DNA of 64,000 nucleotides from a virus: IMG/VR virus record IMGVR_UViG_3300009128_000003, positions 32,001 to 96,000 of that record; one strand, 5' to 3'. Shown piece by piece: positions 29,238 to 39,021 of this stretch (position 1 is its first letter; each line of letters starts with the position of its first letter). The notes under the pieces were generated by a model. It saw only the letters and a program-made list of their open reading frames with translations, ran no database searches and was not told where the DNA came from. The position numbers and the translations under genes were made by a program.

Positions 29238-29663
29238 CTACTTCATCGCTTTCCAGACAGCAGAGGCGCCGCCCACTAAAGAACTAATATCAACGCCAGA
29301 ATCGGCTGGGGCCCCCAAATCAACGTTGCCGCCGCCCGGACTACTAGCTTCATACTGGGACATCGGCGCAGTTCCTTCAAACAGATTAACGCCGTTATAT
29401 GCGTCTTGTCCAATAGCTTCCATCATTTTCTTTCGCTGGGCTGCAAGCTGCTTGTTCGTTTCGCGAGTCTTTCGGGCGCGAATCTCTGCCTCTGGCTCCT
29501 GCGGTGTCTGGGGTCTTTGGACACCTTCAACCACAAGACCTCCTTGCATGCCTTTCGCTACCTCTGCTACTACATTGGACAAAAGTCCTTCTTCTATTAA
29601 AAGCTCGTGAATGCACTCTTTGACCATAGGCTTCATTAGCTCTTTAAGATCTTTCTTTTTCAT
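29238..29663 (-). CDS. Hypothetical protein with leader resembling type A tag
   Basis: ATGA overlap with upstream gene; MKKKDLKELMKPMVKECIHELLIEEG. Confidence 0.75.
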   Translation of the reverse strand: MKKKDLKELMKPMVKECIHELLIEEGLLSNVVAEVAKGMQGGLVVEGVQRPQTPQEPEAEIRARKTRETNKQLAAQRKKMMEAIGQDAYNGVNLFEGTAPMSQYEASSPGGGNVDLGAPADSGVDISSLVGGASAVWKAMK

Positions 29664-32140
29664 TTTATTCCTGCTAGCGTCTTCCAACGCTCAATTGTTT
29701 TGGATTCTTTAAGGGTTTTGCCTTCTTCGTAACCTACAGCCTGTTTCATAAACGGCTGGGACGATTTTAAACCACCACTTCGTATGCGTTCTTTAGATCT
29801 CGCGATGTGGGCAGTACGGCGCTTAGCGGCATTGGCGGCGGACTTGTCGCGGTCGGCTTGGGTTCGGCGCTGACCCAAATCGACAACTTCGCCTCCCTTT
29901 GTCTCGGGAGCCTCTTCTTCCGCTGCCTTCACTCGAACTTTTTGTAACAGATCGTTTAACAAGCCTCGGGACTGCTTCTTCTGAAAGACTCTCGCCATTC
30001 TTTCCACTTTCCCTGCTTCTACCTTGTCTCGGGTAGCTAAGCGCTCCCAAGCCTTAAGAATTTGAGTCTTCTTGGCGGTAAGGTAGTTGCTGTCAGCAAT
30101 CTTCCCCACGGCCGATTGGCGATCTCTTTCTCTAAGAAGCCTTTCGGGAAGGAATGGTCCAAAGAAATTTAGGAAGGAATTCAAATCGTCTTCAAACTTC
30201 ATTTTGGAGCCGCGAACTTGCTTGCCCCTGTTGACGTTCTTCCAGCTTCCTTTTAGCTTGTTGGTATTAAAGTCGTCTGAAAGGTAGTATACTTTGCCTT
30301 CTCCGGGGTCCGCCTCTTCTTCGGCTTCGCCTTCTGCGTCTTCTGCGCCTTCCTCGCCGGGTTCGCCTTCTGCGCCGGCGGGGGCTATATCTTCCGCCCC
30401 TTCAGGGGGAGCTTCGCCCGGCGCGGTACCGAGCATTGCGCTGAGATCTCTGAGGGGTTCAATGTACTTATCGCCTAGTTTTTTCAACTCTTCCATTCCG
30501 GGCTTGTCGGCAACCTTGTCATACAGTTCGAGCGCCTTGTTAACACCCTCTTGTACATCTTCGACCGATGCCTCGATGCCTGCTGCCTCTAGAGCATTTA
30601 TGATAGCATCCTTGGCACCTTGGGCGCCGCGGACTTTGTCCATAGCTTTAACTAGAGGTATTAACTTAAGGACCAATGGTCCAAACTTGCCAGCTTTCGC
30701 GGCGATCTTTCCAAAGGGAATGAGGGAAAACAGTGCCAATGCCGCCGATTTCAAATCCCCTTGTGCTATATTAATGAGAGATTCTGCGATAGACGCCGGT
30801 ATATTGGCGCCGGGCACCAGTGACAATACGCTAGCCAAACCTTCGACCGCTTTAACAGCGGGCGTGTTTGCTAAATCTTGAACTTTATCTATAACACTTT
30901 CGTCTTCTCCATCCGTATCGGTGGTGCCCTCTGGGTCGATTGCTGGCTCTTCAACACCGGTACCGATGTCCCAACCGCCTTCGCGCAATTGAGTCTTGCA
31001 ACAATCATAAATGGCTTGTGCAACTTCTTGGTCGGCAAAGATCTTAAAGATGCCAGAAAAGTCAACTGCATGCGACTTAGCCGGCTTTGAGTCACTTCCC
31101 TTAACTTTGCGCCCTTTGCGTGGAGATTTTTCAGGGGTAGTTACGCCGGCGATGTATTCTCGGATAGTGCTGTCTGCATCCATTTGTTTAATGATGCCGG
31201 CACTGACGCTTTGCTTGACCATATAGTCACGCAGTTCTTTATACTTCTCCGGTGCTATTTGATACTCATTCTTTATCGCCGATAAAAAGTATGCTAGTGT
31301 GTAGCCGGGATTGCTGGGCTTTGGCTTGAATTTGATTTTGCTACAGTCGCCGACCACTGCGTCCGGATATTCTTCCACGTCGACGGGGGTCGGCGCCTGA
31401 GTCCCATCTTCTGGCTCTTCCTCTTGACCGGGTGTGCCACCCTGCGGTTGTGGCTGTTGTGGCTCTTGGGGCGCTTGTGGTTCTTGGGGCTTTTGGGGTT
31501 CTTGCTGCTTGGGCTTTGATTTTTTAAACCAGTTGGGAAGGTCGTTCCCTTCTTTGCCGAAGAAGCCGGCACGTGCAAGAATCTTATAGAGATGGTCTTT
31601 GGTCTTTTGTGTAGTGAGCGCAGCGTTGAATACTTTAGCAAGATTTGGGTATTTATTTACGTCCAACTCGCCGTTGGGACCCAACTTGGGCATCCGGCTA
31701 AGAATTACAGATGCCTTGTGAATTGATTGTTCCTCGATTGTATAATTATTTCCTTGAGGGTTTGTAATAAGGTCTTCAAGTTCGTTATATAATACATCGC
31801 GCTTAACTTCTACGTTTAAAATTCGACGGATGTCGTCAATTGCCTTATAAAGAGCAGCTACGTCGTCGGCGTTATAAGTTTCAGGCTCGTTGCCTGCGCC
31901 CTCTTCCTCTCCATCGCCGCCGGCACATTTGTCGCCCGGCTTGCATACCAGATCGCCTGTATATTGATGCTTGTCATAGCTAAGTCCGTGTTTTCCTCCG
32001 GTCTTTCCCCACTTAAGTTTTCCGAAAAACTCATCAAGAGGAACATCTTCTTTGATCTTAGGTTCGACACTCTCGGCTAAAAAGCCTTTCCATGCGTCGC
32101 TGCGCTTTTTAGCGTCTTTAAAACTACTCCAGTCACTCAT
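29660..32140 (-). CDS. Large putative internal head/ejected protein with pre-toxin-like segment
   Basis: N-term DAWKGFLAE; C-term ERWKTLAGIK like the scaffold end; internal LSLVPGA..INIAQGDLKSAALALFSLIPFGK; QEPQ and E-rich linkers. Confidence 0.6.
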   Translation of the reverse strand: MSDWSSFKDAKKRSDAWKGFLAESVEPKIKEDVPLDEFFGKLKWGKTGGKHGLSYDKHQYTGDLVCKPGDKCAGGDGEEEGAGNEPETYNADDVAALYKAIDDIRRILNVEVKRDVLYNELEDLITNPQGNNYTIEEQSIHKASVILSRMPKLGPNGELDVNKYPNLAKVFNAALTTQKTKDHLYKILARAGFFGKEGNDLPNWFKKSKPKQQEPQKPQEPQAPQEPQQPQPQGGTPGQEEEPEDGTQAPTPVDVEEYPDAVVGDCSKIKFKPKPSNPGYTLAYFLSAIKNEYQIAPEKYKELRDYMVKQSVSAGIIKQMDADSTIREYIAGVTTPEKSPRKGRKVKGSDSKPAKSHAVDFSGIFKIFADQEVAQAIYDCCKTQLREGGWDIGTGVEEPAIDPEGTTDTDGEDESVIDKVQDLANTPAVKAVEGLASVLSLVPGANIPASIAESLINIAQGDLKSAALALFSLIPFGKIAAKAGKFGPLVLKLIPLVKAMDKVRGAQGAKDAIINALEAAGIEASVEDVQEGVNKALELYDKVADKPGMEELKKLGDKYIEPLRDLSAMLGTAPGEAPPEGAEDIAPAGAEGEPGEEGAEDAEGEAEEEADPGEGKVYYLSDDFNTNKLKGSWKNVNRGKQVRGSKMKFEDDLNSFLNFFGPFLPERLLRERDRQSAVGKIADSNYLTAKKTQILKAWERLATRDKVEAGKVERMARVFQKKQSRGLLNDLLQKVRVKAAEEEAPETKGGEVVDLGQRRTQADRDKSAANAAKRRTAHIARSKERIRSGGLKSSQPFMKQAVGYEEGKTLKESKTIERWKTLAGIK

Positions 32141-32738
32141 CTTCAAGTACCTCGTTTAATAATCTGTTGATGCGGTCCGCTTTGGTGAACACTCTGTTGG
32201 TGTATCCTTTAGCTTCTTTCATCATAAAGGCGCCGGGCGTGGAAGGTTCAGATACAAAATCAAAGCAGATAAGCTGGAAATCGTCTTCAACAACTGTGTT
32301 GCCGGCGGATTCCGATACAGAACCCATTCCCCGAGACGAAATGCCGATGCTTACGCCGGCTTTCACTAGGGAATTTAAGACCTGACCGGACGGAGTATCG
32401 AGCACTTTGGCTTTGCCCATCACATTTTTGCCGTCCCACCAAACTTTGGTCATCATGTGGGACGCGTTCTTAAGGTTGATCACAGAGTCGTCAGGGTGGT
32501 CCAACTCTCCCAAAGCTCGGCGCTCGCTAACTAATTTTTCATAGTTCTTTATCTCGCGCATGAGGACCTTGTGAGGATAAACTCGACCGTTGCCGTTAAC
32601 TGTGTCTGCTTTCTGAATAATTCCAGTAAGGTACATGCCGCCATCAGCGACATATGCCTTCTCTTCTTCAGTCAGCAAGTCTTGACAAATGCCGCCTTCG
32701 CAGAGTTCATAATATTCTCTAAGTAACTTCTGACCCAC
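32133..32738 (-). CDS. Prohead core protease (T4 gp21-like)
   Basis: NGNGRVYP, LGELDHP, GISSRGMGS, FDFVSEPST; likely GTG start at 32738. Confidence 0.95.
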   Translation of the reverse strand: MGQKLLREYYELCEGGICQDLLTEEEKAYVADGGMYLTGIIQKADTVNGNGRVYPHKVLMREIKNYEKLVSERRALGELDHPDDSVINLKNASHMMTKVWWDGKNVMGKAKVLDTPSGQVLNSLVKAGVSIGISSRGMGSVSESAGNTVVEDDFQLICFDFVSEPSTPGAFMMKEAKGYTNRVFTKADRINRLLNEVLEDE

Positions 32739-32740
32739 AG

Positions 32741-32809
32741 TTAGGATCCTTTGCAGCAACGCCTAACGGGCTGCAGCATCCATTTATTTGTCCAAGTATT
32801 TGTGTTCAT
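32741..32809 (-). CDS. 22-aa micro-ORF MNTNTWTNKWMLQPVRRCCKGS
   Basis: GGAG 6 nt before ATG; fills the gap before the protease; below the ORF-track size cutoff. Confidence 0.5.
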   Translation of the reverse strand: MNTNTWTNKWMLQPVRRCCKGS

Positions 32810-33107
32810 GTTTAACTCCGTTGTCTCCAAAGACCATGTTTAATATATAGGATGTTCCCGAAGATAACCATCCAAGAAGGAAGAAATTGAATACGGAAAC
32901 GTCAAAACTAAATAGTTCTGTGTATGGGGAAAGCAGCATCAAAAGCCATCCGACGTGAAATCCCATGCACATAGGGCAGTGAAATACCTTGCCATAGCCG
33001 CCGGCGGCGTCCTTTGGGGGGCGTAATTTTTGTAAAGCGGGTAGATCGCTATATACTAAAATTTGAGTGAGCCCGTAGGCACACAAGACAAATGTCAATA
33101 ATTCCAT
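32784..33107 (-). CDS. Small membrane protein with CxxC (DUF1360-like)
   Basis: Three hydrophobic segments; FHCPMCMGFHVG. Confidence 0.65.
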   Translation of the reverse strand: MELLTFVLCAYGLTQILVYSDLPALQKLRPPKDAAGGYGKVFHCPMCMGFHVGWLLMLLSPYTELFSFDVSVFNFFLLGWLSSGTSYILNMVFGDNGVKHEHKYLDK

Positions 33108-33122
33108 TTTGTTTCCTAATGT

Positions 33123-34052
33123 TTAAGTTGTAGCAGCAGTGTACTTGCTAAGGTTTATCTTTTTTCCACCGCCCGTGTAGCGCGAGAATCTCGATAAAGA
33201 AGTGCCGAGGGCTTTGATAACCAACTGGACGCCGCCGACTGCAGAGACTGCTGCATCCCACCATCCCTTGACGCCCGTAGATACTGAAATGAGTTTTTCT
33301 ACCATTCCAACAAACTGAGTCTTTAAAACATTTAAAAAGGTGCTGTTGACTGCGGCTTTGAGCCAAGTCTTAAACTGTTCTGCCATTCCTTCACTCTCAT
33401 CCGATTCAAGCTTTTTACTCCACGTTCTATAGCCTTCTATAAAATCTTTAACCTTTTCCCATATCCACGTAAACCCTATGGATAATCCAGCAGTGGCGAT
33501 TGCCTTCTTCCATCCTGACAGGGATTTAACCGACTCGATTACTTTATTTATAGTGTCTAAGGCTCTTTGTGCGATAGAAGCAAAGTTGGGCATATCCCAC
33601 GTCGGCAATCTTTGTATTAAATCTTCCAATATGGGCTTTAGACCGGTGCGCCACTTGTGTCTTAAATTTACTTTCCATATGGCGCCCGTGAAATTGGGAA
33701 TTAGATCTGGGTTTGTTGCAACTCGATACAGTTGTTTTACGATAGCCCAACCTTCTTTGCCAAACTTTTTAATCCCCTCGGCAGCGTCGATAAACTTGCC
33801 GGCAACTTTTCCGGCGGCGTCCTTAACCGTTTGGACCGCGTCATCCCAAAAGGATTCAAACAACATTTGCTCATGCAGAATTTGTTTTTTAAGTTCTTCG
33901 CTTAGAGGGGCAATATTGCCCGACTCAGTAAGAGGGAGTACGATCCCAAGTACGCCCGCAATATATGCTGTGTCTTCAAAAAGCGTTTGGTTCTTATACT
34001 CTTGGAGGAGGTAACCTCGCCACCCATTCATAATTAAATGCATTTCTGACAT
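33123..34052 (-). CDS. Helical protein with type B leader
   Basis: MSEMHLIMNGWRGYLLQE; amphipathic W-rich helices. Confidence 0.7.
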   Translation of the reverse strand: MSEMHLIMNGWRGYLLQEYKNQTLFEDTAYIAGVLGIVLPLTESGNIAPLSEELKKQILHEQMLFESFWDDAVQTVKDAAGKVAGKFIDAAEGIKKFGKEGWAIVKQLYRVATNPDLIPNFTGAIWKVNLRHKWRTGLKPILEDLIQRLPTWDMPNFASIAQRALDTINKVIESVKSLSGWKKAIATAGLSIGFTWIWEKVKDFIEGYRTWSKKLESDESEGMAEQFKTWLKAAVNSTFLNVLKTQFVGMVEKLISVSTGVKGWWDAAVSAVGGVQLVIKALGTSLSRFSRYTGGGKKINLSKYTAATT

Positions 34053-34061
34053 TGCTCTCTC

Positions 34062-34601
34062 CTAGATTGTATATAGATAGTTTAAGGAATAGGGATCTCG
34101 GGTAAAGCCGGGTCGAATCGAGCCCTTCTCAGTTGATTGAGGTACCTCGCCTAACTCGGTGGAGTCTGTGTTGTCTGGGTGCGTCAGTTCGTCGTCCGTC
34201 ATCGAGACAATCGCTTCTGTGGCTTCAAAGTACGGACGTTCTTCGTTAATAAAGTTCGAGATATTGATAAGTGTGAACTTAGCCGCATTCAGGCTCTCTT
34301 TAAACGGCTCTTCCATTGTCGCCTCAAACGAGCCGTAAAAGGCTCCGGCTTGAATTGACTCTGGGATCACTAGTCCCTTTTTGCGCAAGTGGGCAAATAG
34401 ACGATTTTGTGCACCATATACCATATCATTCATCGTCTCTTTGGGAAATGCTACAATTTTATTTTTAGAGGGAGACAACACAATGTCGATATCTCCATGA
34501 TCAAAAATCATGAGATCTCCGTTGAGACTCTTTCGCAAATCCATTTCCAATCGGACGACTGCCGACTGGTGTCCTCTTCCGATCTTAATCGTCAGCGCCA
34601 T
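34062..34601 (-). CDS. Hypothetical protein, head module
   Basis: 179-aa ORF overlapping the upstream gene's end, 9 nt before the next start. Confidence 0.7.
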   Translation of the reverse strand: MALTIKIGRGHQSAVVRLEMDLRKSLNGDLMIFDHGDIDIVLSPSKNKIVAFPKETMNDMVYGAQNRLFAHLRKKGLVIPESIQAGAFYGSFEATMEEPFKESLNAAKFTLINISNFINEERPYFEATEAIVSMTDDELTHPDNTDSTELGEVPQSTEKGSIRPGFTRDPYSLNYLYTI

Positions 34602-35418
34602 CGTTATAGATCTCCCCTACTAATTCTTGTGCTTTAAGCACGGTGAACAACACTGCATCAGAGGGAGGCTCTTGCGCAAACTTGTTCAGCTTTTCGACTA
34701 CTTGATTAGCCTTCTGTACCATTACTTCGTCATCTTTAAAGCACTCGGTCGCGGAGGCGCCCTCTAATTCTTGCTTAAGCCGCGCAATCTCTTCGTTAAG
34801 ATACATTTTAAGCGCAAGAGAATTATCAACAAAAGACGAGATATAGGTGCTTAAAAGCTGCTGTTGCTCTTCGCGGAGACTCTCTCCGTACTTGTCATTA
34901 AACTTTGTGACAAACGTATTAAGGAGTAATTTATCAACTGGTTCGGGCTCTGTGTTGTCTGGTGCTGCCTGTGTCATGTTGGTGACGATTTCGTTTTCGA
35001 GCATGATTACACTCTTCGGATCAGTTTTGATATTAAAAATCTGATCGATGGTAGCTAAAGTTTTGTAATTGGGAACAAAATTGTTAAAGACCTTGGTGTC
35101 AATTTCTTTATTGACGTCATGAATCATTGCACTCTGAGCAGCGAAGAGTCCTGCAGGGTTTACAAGCATCTTTTGCATTTTGGCTTCGCGCAGGATCTTC
35201 TCGGATGTTTCTTTGGTTAGGTTTTGGTTCTCATATAATGAGCGGTAACACTCTAAATCTTTTCTCAGAATGGTCTTGGCTCCAAAATGTTTCTTAATCA
35301 CATTAACAACGCTCTGCTTTCGCTCGGCGTCTCCTTTGATTATCGACAATGTAGCTTCTTTGATTAAGGCTTCATAAACAAAAGCGGTGTTTCTTTTTTT
35401 ATTATGTTTTGTCTTCAT
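34585..35418 (-). CDS. Putative prohead core protein after portal
   Basis: MKTKHNKKRNTAFVYEAL..FVPNYKTLATI; helical; between portal and protease. Confidence 0.55.
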   Translation of the reverse strand: MKTKHNKKRNTAFVYEALIKEATLSIIKGDAERKQSVVNVIKKHFGAKTILRKDLECYRSLYENQNLTKETSEKILREAKMQKMLVNPAGLFAAQSAMIHDVNKEIDTKVFNNFVPNYKTLATIDQIFNIKTDPKSVIMLENEIVTNMTQAAPDNTEPEPVDKLLLNTFVTKFNDKYGESLREEQQQLLSTYISSFVDNSLALKMYLNEEIARLKQELEGASATECFKDDEVMVQKANQVVEKLNKFAQEPPSDAVLFTVLKAQELVGEIYNDGADD

Positions 35419-37429
35419 CTTTCTTCTGCTCCGTTAATAATTTTTTATTTTCTAAATCTTGGATCAATACCCTAAGAGAATCATTGATGTTAAACAACTT
35501 ATCTTCTTCGGTTTGTTCTCTCAAGTTATAAATAGACTGTTCTTGCTCGTAAATCCCTGCTGCTGCGCTGGGGATCTTGTTGATCTCCGCGCCGGGGAAA
35601 ACGTTTCGCAGTGTGGCGCTGGCTTTTTCTCTAGAATATTTAGCGGCATTTGAGCGTTTTCGGGCTCCAGCCTTTCGCTGATCGATAGTGGTGGGGTGAT
35701 ATACTTTCCCCTTTGCGCCCGGAGTAAGACGGGGCTCATTTCGCGATCCCGGGGGAACTGCGAGAAGTGGAGACTCTTCTCCTCCGCCCTCGGCGCCTCC
35801 ACCAGCATCACCTGCCGGCATCTCTTCCGGACCGCCCAGATCACCGCCCAGATCGTCTCCGCCTCCAAGATCATCTCCCCCGAGGTCACCGCCACCGAGG
35901 TCACCACCAAGTCCTCCGCCGAGTCCTCCGCCGAGTCCTCCGCCGCCTGCTGCGGCTTCGCCGCCTTCGGCAACAGCTTGGAGTGCTGCATCGTGCTTAC
36001 GGTCGTAATACATTTCTTTCTGGTTTCGCGCGAATTCTTCGTGAGACAAGCCAAAGATGTTATCAGCAACCCAACGACGAGAGAAGTAACCCTCGGTGGC
36101 TGCGCCGGCAATATCAAACTTAGCTTTCCAGTGTTCCACTTCTTGAAGCTCTGCAATCTTGGACGGATTGTTGAGTGCCAATTTGAAGCTTAACAGGTCG
36201 TCGCCGCGGAATCCTAAAGTATAAAGATGAATAATAGATATCTTTTCTAGTTCAGCGATAATAACGCGCTGAAGCCTCTGGACTGTGCGTGCAAATCGAA
36301 TGTCTTTCTGTGCGAGTGTGGTCTTATCTTCTGCTGCTCCTTCGCCCATGGCAAGATATGCTTGGGGAATCTTTAACGCAGAGAACAGTTTATCGCGCAG
36401 ATACTTAATATCGTCAATCTGTGTAATATTCTGTGCGCCGGCTAAACTTTGAATGTCAGTGACAGAGCCAGCGCGCACTGGAATAAAGTAATCTTCTTCG
36501 ATGCTCATCGGATTATAACGAAGGTCCACTCTACCTGTGCTAGGATCTACTACCGAATGGCGCTTGAGTTGTGTTACAATCTTTTGCATATACTGCTCGA
36601 CATCTTGTGGGGGGATCGAGCCTACGTCGATCTTGAACACTCGGCGCTCGGAAGACCGAACAACACGATACGCCATCATCGCATCTTCCATAAGCGTCAG
36701 TTGGCGCCAGATGCGGCGGGCAGGCTCAAGGATAGAGGTGCCGTACGGGATGTACTTGTCGTTTCCGAGAATACGGAAATGGCAAACCTGCCAATTTTCA
36801 AACGTCATTCCGGCAGAGTTCCACTGATATTGCACATAGTTGGGGTTCGTGGAGTCTTCTCCTTCCAAGCGTTCGATTTCTGGGGAAGGGAGTGCAATAA
36901 CTGATTTGATGCCGTACTTCTCATCAATGTCGAGATAGAGAAAGAAGTCTCCATACTTACACATTGTCCGTGCCCAGCCAAAAAGATTGTATTGAAGGCT
37001 AAGAATGTTGTCAAAAAGAATTGCTAAGACTGCTTTGATTTCTTCATTCGGACACTTGATACTAAGCATCGGTCGCAAGTCTGAGTAGGTGGTCATCTCA
37101 TCGGCATAGATATCCATGGAGGACGCGATTTCTGGCATATACTCCATCTGATCAAAATCGATGTATCTCTCGGAGCGGCGCTGATTTGCAATTGCATTGG
37201 TGGCAATTGTATCAAGAGGATTGTATAAGGCTTTCTTAAACTGTTGACCGGATGCAGACTTGAACCGTGCAGCATATTTGTCCATATGCTGCCGCCGGAT
37301 CTTGCGACCGGATTGAGACCGATAATTAACGATTGGTCCCGAGAACAATCTCGTCAGCGCTTTAAAGAGATTTGAGTCTTCGTTCGCTGGGTTTTTGCCT
37401 CTTGATTTATTTCTATTGTTGTTTGCCAT
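35402..37429 (-). CDS. Portal protein (T4 gp20-like)
   Basis: QLTLMEDAMMAYRVVRSSERRVFKIDVG, EEDYFIP, LFSALKIP, DIRFARTVQRLQ. Confidence 0.95.
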   Translation of the reverse strand: MANNNRNKSRGKNPANEDSNLFKALTRLFSGPIVNYRSQSGRKIRRQHMDKYAARFKSASGQQFKKALYNPLDTIATNAIANQRRSERYIDFDQMEYMPEIASSMDIYADEMTTYSDLRPMLSIKCPNEEIKAVLAILFDNILSLQYNLFGWARTMCKYGDFFLYLDIDEKYGIKSVIALPSPEIERLEGEDSTNPNYVQYQWNSAGMTFENWQVCHFRILGNDKYIPYGTSILEPARRIWRQLTLMEDAMMAYRVVRSSERRVFKIDVGSIPPQDVEQYMQKIVTQLKRHSVVDPSTGRVDLRYNPMSIEEDYFIPVRAGSVTDIQSLAGAQNITQIDDIKYLRDKLFSALKIPQAYLAMGEGAAEDKTTLAQKDIRFARTVQRLQRVIIAELEKISIIHLYTLGFRGDDLLSFKLALNNPSKIAELQEVEHWKAKFDIAGAATEGYFSRRWVADNIFGLSHEEFARNQKEMYYDRKHDAALQAVAEGGEAAAGGGGLGGGLGGGLGGDLGGGDLGGDDLGGGDDLGGDLGGPEEMPAGDAGGGAEGGGEESPLLAVPPGSRNEPRLTPGAKGKVYHPTTIDQRKAGARKRSNAAKYSREKASATLRNVFPGAEINKIPSAAAGIYEQEQSIYNLREQTEEDKLFNINDSLRVLIQDLENKKLLTEQKKDEDKT

Positions 37430-37437
37430 TTATCGCC

Positions 37438-39021
37438 TCACTTAATAATCCATTTATACTGATCGTATAATTCTTTTGCTTCACCCATTTTATCAAAAAT
37501 ATTATCTTTTTTGTAGCCTTGTTGTCCGTTAATTTGAGTGTTCATAGAAGTCTTCGAAGTAACAATGGCATTCACAAAAGCTTTTTGATAGTTTAGGTCT
37601 CGTGCGTTTGATTGCAATGCTGTGTCCCTCACCCAGCAAGCAATCGCTAGCGCCATGATGAGATCATCATGATATCCTTTCATTGCCTGTGGTTTACCGT
37701 TCTTCCAAATAAAAGTTTTCATCTCATTAATTGTGCGAGATGAATATATCTTAATTAGTTTGTTTCTGATAAACTCCTCTAATTTCGCAACGATGAGCGG
37801 GCGCGTCTTCATTGAGGTTGTGAACCCGGCAACGGCAGAGTTTCTAACTTCTGCTTGATGTTGCTCTATATACTCATGTGTAGACTTAATAGAGTAGTAC
37901 AAATTTGGATAACCGTGTTCAACGAGTTTATCGAGAACCGTGTAACCGATGTTATTGTTCTCTACTACAAGCATCGCATTTCCAAATTCTCTCCCTACTT
38001 GATTCAAGAAGTTTGCATACATATCGGGCGTTGGCTTCCCTTGATACTCGCCCACGATTTCCAGCGTCTCTAATTTAATCATGTGTAATGTTGAATAGTC
38101 AGCGCCATCGCCTCGCGAAACATCTGCCACCGCAAGATAGTTACATGTGGGATCGAATTCTTCCCAAATCCAGAAATTGCGATCAAAGCCGGTTCTGTGC
38201 TTTGGCTCTTTAACATTTTCTAATAGCCACTTCATACAGTCAGGGTCTATGACAGTCTCGCCAGAAGTATTGAAATTGCACTCAAGCTCTTGTGCAATCT
38301 GGCGTTTTGACATGTTCTTGGTTTCTTTCTTATACCAAGCTTCATCACGCTCGGGGTGAACGTCCCACTGGAGTGTTGTAAGGTTAAAGTTATTGCTGCC
38401 GCCTTCAGCATCCATACATGTTTTATGGAACCAGTTACCGACCCCGTTGGGCGTTGAAAGTGCTATGCATCGCCCACCAGTTGATAGTGTAGGATACAGA
38501 CCGGTCCACAGTTCTTCAAGTCCTTCAATGTGTGCAGCCTCATCAAGAACCAGCAAAGACAGTGCCTCAGAACGACCGGCATCACCAGAGGTAGACGCTG
38601 CTTTGATAGATGACCCATTAGAAAGCTCAAAGGAAGTCCGGTTATCCACGTCAATTGTGGCGATCTTAAGCCAATCTGGCAAGTTGCGCATAACGCCCTT
38701 GACCTTCTTTACTAAGTTGCCCGCTGTTGCAAATTTGGTCGCCATAACAAGAATTGATTTGTCACGGTGAAACAACATCAACCAAACAATATAGCCAGCA
38801 GTGATTGTTGAAATCCCTAACTGGCGCGCCTTTAAAATAACATTAAAGCGATAATCATTAAAATCTTTAAGAAGGTCGTCTTGGAAATCATAAGTATCAA
38901 ATAAAATAAGCCCATACATGGGATGGGAAATTCTTGCGTAAGTCTTTAAAAAATAAGCGGGTTCCTTCCCGCATTTAAGTATTTCTTTAACTTGTTGTTT
39001 TTTGTCTAATTGGAACGTCAT
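37438..39021 (-). CDS. terL: Terminase large subunit (T4 gp17-like)
   Basis: Walker A KARQLGIST, Walker B LVLDEAAH, motif III STPNG, nuclease ADVSRGDGADYS and HDDLIMA. Confidence 0.96.
   Translation of the reverse strand: MTFQLDKKQQVKEILKCGKEPAYFLKTYARISHPMYGLILFDTYDFQDDLLKDFNDYRFNVILKARQLGISTITAGYIVWLMLFHRDKSILVMATKFATAGNLVKKVKGVMRNLPDWLKIATIDVDNRTSFELSNGSSIKAASTSGDAGRSEALSLLVLDEAAHIEGLEELWTGLYPTLSTGGRCIALSTPNGVGNWFHKTCMDAEGGSNNFNLTTLQWDVHPERDEAWYKKETKNMSKRQIAQELECNFNTSGETVIDPDCMKWLLENVKEPKHRTGFDRNFWIWEEFDPTCNYLAVADVSRGDGADYSTLHMIKLETLEIVGEYQGKPTPDMYANFLNQVGREFGNAMLVVENNNIGYTVLDKLVEHGYPNLYYSIKSTHEYIEQHQAEVRNSAVAGFTTSMKTRPLIVAKLEEFIRNKLIKIYSSRTINEMKTFIWKNGKPQAMKGYHDDLIMALAIACWVRDTALQSNARDLNYQKAFVNAIVTSKTSMNTQINGQQGYKKDNIFDKMGEAKELYDQYKWIIK

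Noticed and set aside
35820-35960. Short repeats (gccgagtcctcc) as a CRISPR array
   Set aside because: In-frame Gly-rich codon repeats in the portal gene, with no unique spacers.
37438-39021. Inteins or introns in terL, MCP or primase
   Set aside because: No splice motifs or frame breaks; the MCP's extra length looks like an ordinary insertion domain.
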